Positions 9,528-21,567 of a DNA stretch of 64,000 nt are shown piece after piece. The notes under the pieces were generated by a model. It saw nothing but the letters and a program-made list of their open reading frames with translations, searched no databases and was not told the DNA's origin. A program made the translations under genes and the position numbers. Positions within the stretch are counted from its first letter, which is position 1. Every line of letters starts with the position of its first letter. Source of the DNA: Clostridiales bacterium (GTDB lineage Bacteria > Bacillota > Clostridia > Saccharofermentanales > Saccharofermentanaceae); the NCBI GenBank assembly GCA_017513085.1, contig JAFWDK010000015.1, forward strand, positions 142,951 through 206,950. Direction: 5' to 3'.

Positions 9528-10298
9528 TTATCTATCTTTTGTTCTCTTAATTACTTCCTGAGCTAATTCCTGATATGCAATTGCTCCTTTTGACTTTGGA
9601 TCGTAATCTCCGATTGTTTTTCCATGACTTGGCGCTTCAGCAAGACGTACATTTCTAGGAATGTGCGTTTTAAATACCTTGTCACCGAAATACTTCTCTA
9701 CTTCTTCCACAACTTGCTTTGTGAGTTGCGTTCTGCTATCAAACATGGTTATAACTACACCAAGTATTCCAACTACAGGATTGAGTTTCTTTTTAATCAT
9801 ATTAATAGTATCAATCAACTGTGTCAGGCCTTCCAAAGCATAATATTCGCCCTGAATCGGTACAATTACACCTTCACATGCAGATAATGCGTTAATTGTA
9901 AGCAATCCTAAAGACGGCGGGCAATCGATAATAATATAATCGTATTCATCTATGACTGGCTCAATTGCTCTTTTCAAGATCGTCTCACGACTAATTGCAG
10001 ACACTAATTCAACTTCTGCTCCGGCCAGATTGATATTTGTCGGGCACATATCCACGTTTTTCACGTTTGTGTGCTGAATAACATTCTCAATGTCTTCTTC
10101 GTTTACAAGAAGATCATATACTGTGTTTTCAAGTTCCATCTTATCAAAACCATATCCACTGGTCGCATTTCCTTGTGGATCAAGGTCAAAAATCAGCACT
10201 TTTTTGCGTTTGGCGGCCAAAAAAGAGCCTAAATTGACAGCTGTGGTCGTTTTTCCAACTCCGCCTTTTTGATTTACAATTGAAATTACGTATCCCAT
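9528..10298 (-). CDS. parA: Chromosome partitioning ATPase ParA (Soj)
   Basis: NQKGGVGKTTT, DLDPQGNAT, DCPPSLG, RNVRLAEAPSHG. Confidence 0.96.
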   Translation of the reverse strand: MGYVISIVNQKGGVGKTTTAVNLGSFLAAKRKKVLIFDLDPQGNATSGYGFDKMELENTVYDLLVNEEDIENVIQHTNVKNVDMCPTNINLAGAEVELVSAISRETILKRAIEPVIDEYDYIIIDCPPSLGLLTINALSACEGVIVPIQGEYYALEGLTQLIDTINMIKKKLNPVVGILGVVITMFDSRTQLTKQVVEEVEKYFGDKVFKTHIPRNVRLAEAPSHGKTIGDYDPKSKGAIAYQELAQEVIKRTKDR

Positions 10299-10407
10299 AT
10301 GTGCTCCTTTTACTATTCTTTCTTATTCTATATTATCAGATTTTGTGTTTTTATATATGTCATTTACTTTACATATATTCTATTTAGAAACAAATTTGTC
10401 TGGTGTA

Positions 10408-10520
10408 TGTTTCACGTGAAACAGTATTTCAGATAATTCTGCATTTTTTAGCATCTTTGTTTCACGTGAAACAGTAATCTATAACAGAATTTAAAAATGG
10501 ATAATGTTTCACGTGAAACA
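10408..10520. promoter_or_regulatory. Three perfect parS sites TGTTTCACGTGAAACA (10408-10423, 10458-10473, 10505-10520)
   Basis: Exact match to the canonical 16-bp parS palindrome, directly upstream of parA. Confidence 0.95.
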
Positions 10521-10564
10521 TTATCCATTTCATTTAATCTAATATTATTAAAACGTGATTCTAT

Positions 10565-12664
<2,100 letters not shown>

Positions 12665-12732
12665 TTACATTCCTTCCTTATTTCCGCCATATATCCGGGC
12701 ATAAACTCTGAAATGGCGAAAAGCACTGATTT

Positions 12733-12993
12733 TTAAGGATCTGTAACAATGTTACTCGTCCTTATTCGTTTATTTAGAGTCGAAACCGAAAGGGGAGAGA
12801 CGTACACACGGTCGCCTGTAATGACAATAGATCTGGGTATCTCTTCCGAAACATATTCCAGAATATTATCCTCTTCAGAAATCTTCAGAAAAGAATTCAT
12901 ATCAGAAGATGAAGCCGGAACAGTTTCAAGATTGATCAAGCCAACGATGGACTTTGACAGGATCGTATATTCTCCGCCAATGTGAACGTACAT
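12733..12993 (-). CDS. DUF370 / RemB (YaaB)-like protein
   Basis: MYVHIG...RSIVIT...VYVSPLSVSTLNKR; canonical position between recF and gyrB. Confidence 0.85.
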   Translation of the reverse strand: MYVHIGGEYTILSKSIVGLINLETVPASSSDMNSFLKISEEDNILEYVSEEIPRSIVITGDRVYVSPLSVSTLNKRIRTSNIVTDP

Positions 12994-13082
12994 GCAAAAG
13001 CCTCACAAATCTTACTTATCCTTCAATTTTGACCTTTAATATTATACCATAAAAGGGAAAATATAGTAATATTTTCTAACTT

Positions 13083-14279
13083 TTACACCCTTGTCACAGC
13101 ACCCTTAACTACCTCAAAAAAGGCTATTTTCGAGTTCTCTTGCATGGAGTCGACAAGTTCTTGTTCAATAAAGGATTTATCGGTGCACGTTATAAAAATC
13201 TGAGCATCACCAATCTCCGACAAAAGACATCTCCTTCTTTGGGCGTCTAATTCCCCAAAAACGTCGTCGAGCAGAAGAACAGGGGAATCTTTCGTTTCTT
13301 CACGTACAACGTCTAATTCGGCCAATTTCATGGATAATGCGGCCGATCTCTGCTGTCCCTGGGAGGCAAACATGCGAAGACCATCTCCATCCAGAGACAT
13401 TAAAAGGTCATCTCTCTGAGGTCCGAAATTCGTTATACCATGCTGAAAATCATCTTCAACAGAATCATTCCATTTCTGATATAAGTATTCCACAACTTTT
13501 TCTTCATTGAAATTTTCAAGCATATCAACAGGAACACATGTCTTATATTTTACAAAAAGAGTTTCACTGGAATGGGAAATGCTTTCATGGTGTTTTCTGG
13601 CAAAAGCATCTATCCTGAGAGAGAATATATACCTATCCCGGATGATCCTGGCAGCTGCCCGTGCCATCGGTTCACTCCAGATCGATAATTCTTCTTTTAA
13701 AGCACTGTCCATCACTTTGCTGTTTTTTATCCTGGCATTCTTGATGATCCGGTTACGGTTCATAAGAAGTCGGGCAAAAGTGGTAAGCTCATGAAAGTAC
13801 ATCGGCTTGACCTGAGAAAGAAGAACATTCAGATACTTCCGACGTACAGAAGGTCCTTCTTTTATGAGCATCAAGTCTTCCGGAGCAAATATAACAGCGT
13901 TAAAAATACCGAAATATTCGGACATTTTCTCATATGGCACATCATCATGGAAAACTGTCTTTTTAGCTTTTTTAGAAGGGGAGAGATCCCCGTTTTTATT
14001 CGTTCCGTCAGTATATATGACAGAAACAGATTCGTCATATGCATTATAAGAAGAAGTCAGTTTAAGTTTTACTTTATAGTCGTGTTCACCATGAGTGATC
14101 AGTTCCTGATCTTTACTTGTACGATGAGAATGAGTAGAAGTACATAAATATATAGCTTCTATAATATTCGTTTTACCTTGGGCATTTGCTCCGAAAAAAA
14201 CATTAACAGAAGGCTCAACCTCAAGGTCAAGCCTTCTGTAATTTCTGAAGTTTTCTAATTCAATGGAGCGTATATACAT
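13083..14279 (-). CDS. recF: DNA replication and repair protein RecF
   Basis: NFRNY, GANAQGKTN, IKEGPSVRR, ASQGQQR, LLLDDVFGELD. Confidence 0.96.
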   Translation of the reverse strand: MYIRSIELENFRNYRRLDLEVEPSVNVFFGANAQGKTNIIEAIYLCTSTHSHRTSKDQELITHGEHDYKVKLKLTSSYNAYDESVSVIYTDGTNKNGDLSPSKKAKKTVFHDDVPYEKMSEYFGIFNAVIFAPEDLMLIKEGPSVRRKYLNVLLSQVKPMYFHELTTFARLLMNRNRIIKNARIKNSKVMDSALKEELSIWSEPMARAAARIIRDRYIFSLRIDAFARKHHESISHSSETLFVKYKTCVPVDMLENFNEEKVVEYLYQKWNDSVEDDFQHGITNFGPQRDDLLMSLDGDGLRMFASQGQQRSAALSMKLAELDVVREETKDSPVLLLDDVFGELDAQRRRCLLSEIGDAQIFITCTDKSFIEQELVDSMQENSKIAFFEVVKGAVTRV

Positions 14280-14317
14280 ACCTTCCGCCCTTCAAAAGAG
14301 TAATTCTTCGTGAAAGA

Positions 14318-15421
14318 TTACTTACGAAGCGGCAGGATCAGATAGATAAATTCATTTCCTTCTACAGGAACGATCAAAGAAGGTCCATTGGCACCGGAAA
14401 GTGTAAATTTAACCGACTCATCATCAATAGAACGAAGTGCATCCATAATGTACTTGTGATTGAAATCCACATTGATCAGTTCACCTGTGATCTGACACTT
14501 AACTTCTTCACGAAGATTACCAAGTTCTGTGCTGGAACGGATCACCAGTGTCTCTTCGTCTGTCATAGAAAGATTTACAGGACAACGACGGTCTTCCTTC
14601 TGAATAATAAGAGAAGCACGCTCTACAGCATTCAGAACTTCATCTTTGTTTACGATCATCGTTGTCGAGGAGTTACTAGGAATGATTGACTGATAAGCCA
14701 TAAACTCACTATTGATCAGACGGGAAACAATACGGAATTTGCCAGTATCGAAAAGAATGTGGTTAGTAGAAGCATAAATAACTACTTCTGCATCCTTTCC
14801 AGTCAAAATACGTGCTGCTTCATGGAGAGCCTTACCTGGAATAAGGAACTTCATTGTCGGAATATCGTCTCCGATCTCTTTCTTACGGAGAGCCATACGA
14901 TAGCCGTCGATTGATACAAGATTGATATTCTTTCCGTCAGATTCGAAAAGAGAACCATTCAGACCCGGACGTCCTTCATCCGTAGAAATAGCAAAAATAG
15001 TCTGATTGATCATATTTCTCAGGATCTCCTGGTTCAGGATGATCTTATTCTCATCACTTACTACCGGAATCGTCGGGAATCCTTCTGCAGAAATACCATT
15101 AATGGAAAATTTCGAATTACCACTCTCGATATCTATCATCATTCTCTCGTTAGAAGAGATTGAAACTTCTTCATCCGGAAGTTTTCTGACGATTTCACCG
15201 AAAATACGGGAAGGGATTACAATTGAGCCCTCTTCCATCACGTCAGCGTCAACTAATGCTTCAATACCTGTTTCCAAATCATATCCGGTCAGCTTTAATC
15301 CCTTGCTGTCCGCTTCAATTAAAATACCATCTAATATAGGTAAAGTAGAACGAGTTGAAACTGCTTTCTGTACGATCGAGATCGCCTCTACAAGATTGTC
15401 TCTGGAACTTACAAGTTTCAT
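14318..15421 (-). CDS. dnaN: DNA polymerase III beta sliding clamp
   Basis: TLPILDGILI, YDLE, DGYRMA, C-terminal LILPLR; follows dnaA. Confidence 0.96.
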   Translation of the reverse strand: MKLVSSRDNLVEAISIVQKAVSTRSTLPILDGILIEADSKGLKLTGYDLETGIEALVDADVMEEGSIVIPSRIFGEIVRKLPDEEVSISSNERMMIDIESGNSKFSINGISAEGFPTIPVVSDENKIILNQEILRNMINQTIFAISTDEGRPGLNGSLFESDGKNINLVSIDGYRMALRKKEIGDDIPTMKFLIPGKALHEAARILTGKDAEVVIYASTNHILFDTGKFRIVSRLINSEFMAYQSIIPSNSSTTMIVNKDEVLNAVERASLIIQKEDRRCPVNLSMTDEETLVIRSSTELGNLREEVKCQITGELINVDFNHKYIMDALRSIDDESVKFTLSGANGPSLIVPVEGNEFIYLILPLRK

Positions 15422-15863
15422 CGTTTTCTTTCCTCCATAACTTCTAAATAAATTATCTCTATATATTATACAGGAAAATTACAAAAATGCTACAAATAAT
15501 GAGGCATATAAGTGATAAAAATCCAAAGAATCTCTTGTATTTCAAGGCTTGAGAGTTTTCCACACTTTTCCACATTTAAAAAAATATGAAGAGATGACGG
15601 AAAGATGAAAAAACGCATAAAAACAAATAAAAACAACAAGAATATAAGGAATTATTCATCTATATTATTATGTCGTGTGGAAAAGTGGTAAAAGTACTTA
15701 TAAGGCTTACATTTCAAGCTTTTTTGTGTGTAAAAAGAGTTTAAAAACGGTGAAAAAGAAGAAGTGCTTTTGCACATGATAAACACAACAAAGTTATGCA
15801 CATTTTATTAACTGGAAATCCTCTTGAAGTTTTCCACAATTCAACTAAAAAAAGTGGAAAACT
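15422..15863. other. Chromosomal replication origin (oriC) between dnaA and dnaN
   Basis: AT-rich spacer with TTWTNCACA boxes at 15556, 15566, 15676(-), 15727(-), 15768, 15794, 15830 and a 1-mismatch box at 15853(-). Confidence 0.88.
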
Positions 15864-17189
15864 TTAAGTGAAAAGGCGCTTCTTTATAGACTCGACATGG
15901 ACGAAAACTTCGTTGTCCGAATCTTTCACGCAGTTTTCAATTTTGTTACAAGCATGTAGAACAGTGGAGTGATCTTTGCCTCCAAAATACTCGCCTATCT
16001 TAGGATAAGTCATGTTTAATTCCGAACGGCAAAGGAACATACAGATCTGACGCGGAACAAGGATATCCTTGCTGCGCTTGTTTGACATTATGTCATTAAC
16101 AGTGATGTTAAAAGCACGGGCTACGACTTCTACTACCAGATCAGGGGTGACCTGACGGGCCTGCTTAGGAGAAATCATATCTTTCAGAGCTATTTTAGCG
16201 TCATCCAATGTAAAAGAACCGGCCAGCATGCAGTAGGCGACTACAGTCTTGTAGGCTCCCTCGAGCTCACGGATATTGGATGCGAAATTAGAAGCAATAT
16301 AGTCAATTACAGAGTCAGAAAGATGTGTATTATCTTCCTGCATTTTTCTGTTTAGGATGGCGATACGTGTCTCGTAATCCGCAGGCTGGATATCTACGAT
16401 CAAACCGGATGAGAAACGCGAACGAAGACGCTCTTCAAGATAAGAGAGGCTCTGAGGCGGGCGGTCACAGGTCATGAGAATAATACTTCCGGAATCGTAA
16501 AGATCGTTGAAAGTATGGAAAAACTCAATCTGAATCTGTTCTTTTCTCTCCAGAAACTGAATATCGTCAATGAGAAGATAATCTGCATTTCTGTATCTTT
16601 CTCTGAATTCATCGTATTTTTGTTCCTTGATGGTTGCGATGAACTCATTTACGAAACGCTCGCAATTTACATAGACAACTTTGGCGGAAGGCTTATGTTT
16701 TGTAACGTAATTGCCGACAGCATGCATGAGGTGTGTCTTACCTAAACCGGAACCACCATACAGGAAAATAGGGTTATATTGTTTTCCGCCTTCGGCAACA
16801 GAAACACAGGCTGCGTGTGCAAAACGGTTACCGTCGCCTACAATAAAAGAATCAAAAGTATAGTTAGAATTTAATCTGGAAGCATTGGAGGAAACAGTCG
16901 GCATCTGCTCGAAAGAATCCTCATGGATCTTAGCAAGTGTAAAGTCGGAACCCGGCAATTCAAGCTTAACTTCCATTTTCTTGCCGATTGCTACTTCAAT
17001 ACAGTTTTCGATCAGACTCTTCATCGGTTCTGTTTGTTCCAGGCTGAAGGCATCTTTGACGGTAAGTATGATGAGGCTGTCATTGGAAAAAGTAGGTTCA
17101 ATAGGGAGGATGAAAGTTTTATATTTCACCTCTGTAAGCTCTGATACCAGTATATCCAGAGTTTTTTTCCAAATTGTAATCGCGTCCAT
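15864..17189 (-). CDS. dnaA: Chromosomal replication initiator DnaA
   Basis: YNPIFLYGGSGLGKTHL, LLIDDIQF, SNIRELEGA, GGKDHSTVLHA; start reassigned to ATG at 17189 (MDAITIW). Confidence 0.97.
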   Translation of the reverse strand: MDAITIWKKTLDILVSELTEVKYKTFILPIEPTFSNDSLIILTVKDAFSLEQTEPMKSLIENCIEVAIGKKMEVKLELPGSDFTLAKIHEDSFEQMPTVSSNASRLNSNYTFDSFIVGDGNRFAHAACVSVAEGGKQYNPIFLYGGSGLGKTHLMHAVGNYVTKHKPSAKVVYVNCERFVNEFIATIKEQKYDEFRERYRNADYLLIDDIQFLERKEQIQIEFFHTFNDLYDSGSIILMTCDRPPQSLSYLEERLRSRFSSGLIVDIQPADYETRIAILNRKMQEDNTHLSDSVIDYIASNFASNIRELEGAYKTVVAYCMLAGSFTLDDAKIALKDMISPKQARQVTPDLVVEVVARAFNITVNDIMSNKRSKDILVPRQICMFLCRSELNMTYPKIGEYFGGKDHSTVLHACNKIENCVKDSDNEVFVHVESIKKRLFT

Positions 17190-17425
17190 ACCAGTCCCCG
17201 TAACCAATCCAAAACGTATCACGTCAGAATGTTTACCCCCCCTCAGGGGTAAAAAGTAAGAATAATGATAGCAGAAATTCCCACTATTTGAAAGTATCTG
17301 ATATAATAAAGTGCATAATTTTATCGAACAAATTTGCCTTAATGAGGGAGATTGTAACATCGTTAAGGATAGAAATGTATGATGGGATTTATAAAACTAC
17401 GATAAAAGAGGATAATACAGAACAT

Positions 17426-18139
17426 ATGTCCAGAAGGGATCCATATAAGAAAATAAGCATTAGAAATGTGATATTGATCGTTTTGGCTGTCATTTGCCTG
17501 GTCATCGGCGTGATCCTTCTTCTGATCGATCCGATCAAGAATATGAAAAGACAGGCAGTTACAGACGATATGATGGAGAGCATCGTTGAAGGAAGCCAGG
17601 CTGTTTTCGTAGTAAAATCTGATGAGAACGAGGTCAATGGCGAAGAATACGAGTACGATTTCGGTGTTGAAGAATTAAACAATGCCGGAGGAAATTACCA
17701 GGAGATCATCGAGGAATTACCGGATGAGACCGTTCTCACAGCACTAGGCTGGATCAATATTCCTTCGGTCAAGATCAATATTCCGCTTTGGAATGAAGCA
17801 ACAAAGGTATCATTGAGATATGGGGCAGGAAGACTGGAGAAGACAGCTGATCCCGGAGATGAAGGAAACATGGTCATTCTTGGCCACAGAATGCGTGCAG
17901 AAGGTAAACTTTTTAACAGATTGGGTGATGTTAAGATCGGTGACGATATTATTATCACTACGATCGATGGTGCGGTATACACATATAAAGTCGACAAGAT
18001 TTTAGAGGCTGTAAAGCCTGAAAATCTCGAAGATTATGTGGATATCGATGATGGTGAGGGAACACAGGTCACGCTTGTTACCTGTACGCCATTGGGTGTT
18101 GCGACTCACAGACTATTGATCATCGGTCATCTGATTTAA
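17426..18139 (+). CDS. Sortase (class D-like)
   Basis: N-terminal TM, INIPSVKINIP, ILGHR, TLVTCTP catalytic motif and downstream R; start at 17426 with GAGGA RBS. Confidence 0.88.
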   Translation: MSRRDPYKKISIRNVILIVLAVICLVIGVILLLIDPIKNMKRQAVTDDMMESIVEGSQAVFVVKSDENEVNGEEYEYDFGVEELNNAGGNYQEIIEELPDETVLTALGWINIPSVKINIPLWNEATKVSLRYGAGRLEKTADPGDEGNMVILGHRMRAEGKLFNRLGDVKIGDDIIITTIDGAVYTYKVDKILEAVKPENLEDYVDIDDGEGTQVTLVTCTPLGVATHRLLIIGHLI

Positions 18140-18160
18140 AGTAATGGAAGGAATAAATAA

Positions 18161-19618
18161 ATGGCTTCATTTCGATATCATTTTGCCATCCTCTCCGCTA
18201 AAGCCACACGACTGGCCTTGCGGATCATGGGGCGTGGCGCCACAACTTTGCCCGGAAAAGTAGCGGTAAAGTTCGATCCTCTCTTGCTTCAGAAACTTTG
18301 CGAGGGAAGAAATTGTGTAACGATCACGGGGACAAATGGTAAGACGACGACAACCCACATGATCACGGATATTTTCCGCAATTGCGGATATACTGTTGTT
18401 ACGAATGTTTCCGGAGCCAATCTTCTTTCCGGTGTTACGACTTCCATGATATTCGGTCTGAAAGATATCAAAAAGGCTGAAAAAGCGGGAAAGAAAGTGA
18501 TCTGTGTCTTAGAGACTGATGAAGCGGCATATGGAAAAATAGCCTGTCAGATCAAGCCGAAGGTGTCTGTGGTGACGAATCTTTTCAGAGATCAGCTGGA
18601 TCGCTTCGGTGAGCTTGCCCATACCCGTGAATTGATTGCAAAAGGATTGGACAGCTGTGATGCGGATATTCTTCTGAATAGTGATGATTCTTTGGTTTCC
18701 GAGTTATATTCCGGACGTGAGAAAAGAACTGTATTTTATGGTCTTTCCGAAGAATCGATGCACTACAATAATGTGACCTATCCGGATAAATCCGGTGTGC
18801 TTCCGGCTTCTTCCGATGCGGAATACTGTACCGGCTGCCGGACAAAATACACATACACCGCACGGAGCTTCGGACACTTGGGTGCTTTTTCCTGTGAAAA
18901 ATGCGGAAAGACAAGAAAGAAACCACGTTTCTATGTGGAATACGATCTCTCGAGAAATCCTTCGGATGAAGGATACGAGCTGTCTCTTTGCGATGGAGAA
19001 GGATCTTCGCAAAAGAAAAAGCAAGTCAAGCTTCCGATTCCGGGTATGCATAACTTCTATAATTCCATTTCTGCAGTGGCGGCTTGTGTCCGTATGGGCG
19101 AGATCATCGGAGATAAGGAAGAGCTTTCTTTTGAAAAATGTGCTGCCGCTCTGGAACATGTGGAAGCTGCGTTTGGACGAATGGAGAAGATCAGTATCGG
19201 AGACAAAAAGATCTGTGTCCTTCTTGTCAAGAATCCTGTTGGATTGGACAGAGCGCTTTCTTTTGTAGCCGGAGCCTCCGACGCAGAAGGCATATATATG
19301 CTTTTGAACAGTAATATTGCTGATGGCAAGGACGTTTCCTGGATCTGGGACGTGGACTTCGAGTCGAAAGAGTTTCCGAAGAAGGTCTATGTTTCCGGTG
19401 ACCGTTATGGAGACATGATGCTTCGTATCGTTTATTCAGGAGTGGACCGTTCACAGATCGTGGCAAAACCTATGGAGGAATGCGCGGATCTTCTTGATCA
19501 GGCGATTTCCGATTCAACCCCTGGAAAGTGTCTTTATATCCTGCCGAACTATACTTCGATGCTGGCTCTTCGATCGATCCTGGTCAAGAGGTATCATCTG
19601 AAAGATTTTTGGAAATGA
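18161..19618 (+). CDS. murT: Lipid II isoglutaminyl synthase subunit MurT
   Basis: ITGTNGKTTT, GANL, ETDEA, NLFRDQLDRFGE, Cys4 insert, LVKNPVG, DGKDVSWIWD, NYTSML. Confidence 0.92.
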   Translation: MASFRYHFAILSAKATRLALRIMGRGATTLPGKVAVKFDPLLLQKLCEGRNCVTITGTNGKTTTTHMITDIFRNCGYTVVTNVSGANLLSGVTTSMIFGLKDIKKAEKAGKKVICVLETDEAAYGKIACQIKPKVSVVTNLFRDQLDRFGELAHTRELIAKGLDSCDADILLNSDDSLVSELYSGREKRTVFYGLSEESMHYNNVTYPDKSGVLPASSDAEYCTGCRTKYTYTARSFGHLGAFSCEKCGKTRKKPRFYVEYDLSRNPSDEGYELSLCDGEGSSQKKKQVKLPIPGMHNFYNSISAVAACVRMGEIIGDKEELSFEKCAAALEHVEAAFGRMEKISIGDKKICVLLVKNPVGLDRALSFVAGASDAEGIYMLLNSNIADGKDVSWIWDVDFESKEFPKKVYVSGDRYGDMMLRIVYSGVDRSQIVAKPMEECADLLDQAISDSTPGKCLYILPNYTSMLALRSILVKRYHLKDFWK

Positions 19619-19639
19619 TGAAAGGATAGTGTCTGGCAC

Positions 19640-20419
19640 ATGGAAAACCGTGAAATTGAACTTCGTATATGTCATATGTATCCGGATCTTCTGAATCTTT
19701 ATGGTGATCGGGGAAATGTCCTGAGTCTGATCCGTCGGGCGGAACTTCGCGGGATCAAAGTGAAACTGGTACCTGTTTCGATCGGTGATGAATTCGACGA
19801 GAAGGATTTCGATATCGTTTTTCTGGGCGGTGGTCAGGATGCCGAACAGAATGTGATCCGTAGGGATTTTGTTGAGGTAAAAGGACCCAAGGTCAAAGAT
19901 GCGATCGAGCATGGCATGGTTTTTCTCTGTATCTGTGGAGGTTATCAGATGCTGGGTAAATACTATCAGGAGCATGATGGTACAAAAATCGAGTGTCTCG
20001 GAGCTATCGATGTTTATACGGTCGGGGAAGATGTGCGCTTTATTCAGGATACGGTCTATGAAGCGGATTTTCTCAAAGATGACAAGGCAGAGGACAGTTC
20101 ACGCCTTTATGGATTTGAGAACCATAGTGGACGCACTTATCTCGGTCCTTCCGTCAAGCCAATGGCAAAGGTGGTGGAAGGTGCCGGAAATAATGGTAAA
20201 GACGGCTATGAGGGGGCAATATACAACAATGTATTCTGTACCTATTCTCATGGCAGTTTTCTTCCGAAAAACCCTCGTATGACAGATCATCTTATCAGGA
20301 TCGCGTTAAAGCGCAGATATGGCGAAGACTACGAGCTTCCTGAACTCTCTATGGAAACCGAGGAATTTGCGCGCGCAGCACTACTGCGGTACAAGGAGAA
20401 AGGAAATACTGCACCGTAA
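19640..20419 (+). CDS. gatD: Glutamine amidotransferase subunit GatD (CobQ-like)
   Basis: YPDLLNLYGDRGN, GGGQD, ICGGYQMLG, GFENHSG, YSHG...KNP; follows murT. Confidence 0.92.
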   Translation: MENREIELRICHMYPDLLNLYGDRGNVLSLIRRAELRGIKVKLVPVSIGDEFDEKDFDIVFLGGGQDAEQNVIRRDFVEVKGPKVKDAIEHGMVFLCICGGYQMLGKYYQEHDGTKIECLGAIDVYTVGEDVRFIQDTVYEADFLKDDKAEDSSRLYGFENHSGRTYLGPSVKPMAKVVEGAGNNGKDGYEGAIYNNVFCTYSHGSFLPKNPRMTDHLIRIALKRRYGEDYELPELSMETEEFARAALLRYKEKGNTAP

Positions 20420-20464
20420 GTATTGAGGCTGACCTTCGTAGCAAGGACTACTACAGGAAAAGGA

Positions 20465-21427
20465 TCATGTGGTACGGTCGCGGCCAAGATTCTTCGATGT
20501 AAAGAGACGATCATCAGCCATGTGGATCAGTTCTCCTGCATCATTACAATCTGCATAGCAGGCAATTCCCATACTTACCGTGAGACGGATCGGTTCACTG
20601 CTGTCATCCAGAAAAAGAGGATTGCTTGCCAGTGCGGAACGGACGCGCTCTGCTTGCGTCTTTGCGCCCTTAAGCGGGGTATCCGGCAGGATCATCATGA
20701 ATTCATCTCCACCGATGCGGAACACCATGTCGGATTTTCGGCATTGGGAAGTCAGGATGCTTGCAATAACACGAAGCACGTCATCACCCTTGCTGTTTCC
20801 AAAACGGTCGTTGATCTTCTTGAAGAAATCAATATCCAGAGAGATCAGCGAGAAAGTATTTTTCGGATCATCCGGATTTCCGGTCTTCACCCGGCGGTTG
20901 TACTGGTACGAAGTTTTTTCCAGCATCTCGTAAAAGTATCTTCTGTTGAAAAGCCCTGTCAGGTCATCGACCTGGGATAGTCTCTTCAGTTTCTCATTGG
21001 TACGGCTGAGCTCTTCTTCCACTGTTTTCAATGCGGTGATATTTCTCGAAATACCCCAGGTACCGATCACTTTTCCTTTATCGTCAAAGACAGGATATTT
21101 GGATGCGGAGTACCAGATCACGGAGCCATCCGGCTTCTCGAGTTTCTCGATATTGGAAATGAGAGGAGTTTTGCTGTCCATGATCTCCAATTCTTCTTTT
21201 CTGGCACGTGTGGCAAACTCCTTGGGAAAATAATCAAAATCGCTTTTCCCCACCATCTGTTTCGGATCATCTATGCCAAACTGAGAAGCATGAGCCTTAC
21301 TGTTCCAGACGAAACGAGAATCGCTATCCTTAAAATAGATCGTATCATTTGAATAATTACGGATGATTTCGAGGATCATTTCGTTATTGAAAAAAGATTT
21401 GTTGTTATCTTTAGCCATTTTTTCCAC
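20465..21427 (-). CDS. PAS-GGDEF diguanylate cyclase
   Basis: PAS (IYFKD...GKSDFD...WGISR), DLTGLFNRR, DIDFFKKIND, RKSD I-site, GGDEF. Confidence 0.9.
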   Translation of the reverse strand: MEKMAKDNNKSFFNNEMILEIIRNYSNDTIYFKDSDSRFVWNSKAHASQFGIDDPKQMVGKSDFDYFPKEFATRARKEELEIMDSKTPLISNIEKLEKPDGSVIWYSASKYPVFDDKGKVIGTWGISRNITALKTVEEELSRTNEKLKRLSQVDDLTGLFNRRYFYEMLEKTSYQYNRRVKTGNPDDPKNTFSLISLDIDFFKKINDRFGNSKGDDVLRVIASILTSQCRKSDMVFRIGGDEFMMILPDTPLKGAKTQAERVRSALASNPLFLDDSSEPIRLTVSMGIACYADCNDAGELIHMADDRLFTSKNLGRDRTT

Positions 21428-21567
21428 TCCTTCCCCGATCGGGGCATATGAAAAGACAAACCACCGCGTTTATTATCTCAAAAAGTTGTGAAAAAAGGAA
21501 TAGAAAAATGCGGTGAAGCGGACTTTCTGCTATACTGTGTCTATATTACAGAGGCAGAGGTGCTAGT

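Noticed and set aside
10408-10520. Regularly spaced palindromic repeats that could resemble a mini CRISPR array
   Set aside because: The repeats are exact canonical parS sites next to parAB and no cas genes are present
17190-17425. Overlapping N-terminal extensions of the dnaA and sortase ORFs in the track
   Set aside because: Better RBS-supported starts exist at 17189 and 17426; this is the divergent promoter region
21428-21567. T-box or attenuator upstream of cimA
   Set aside because: The intergenic region is short and shows no T-box consensus
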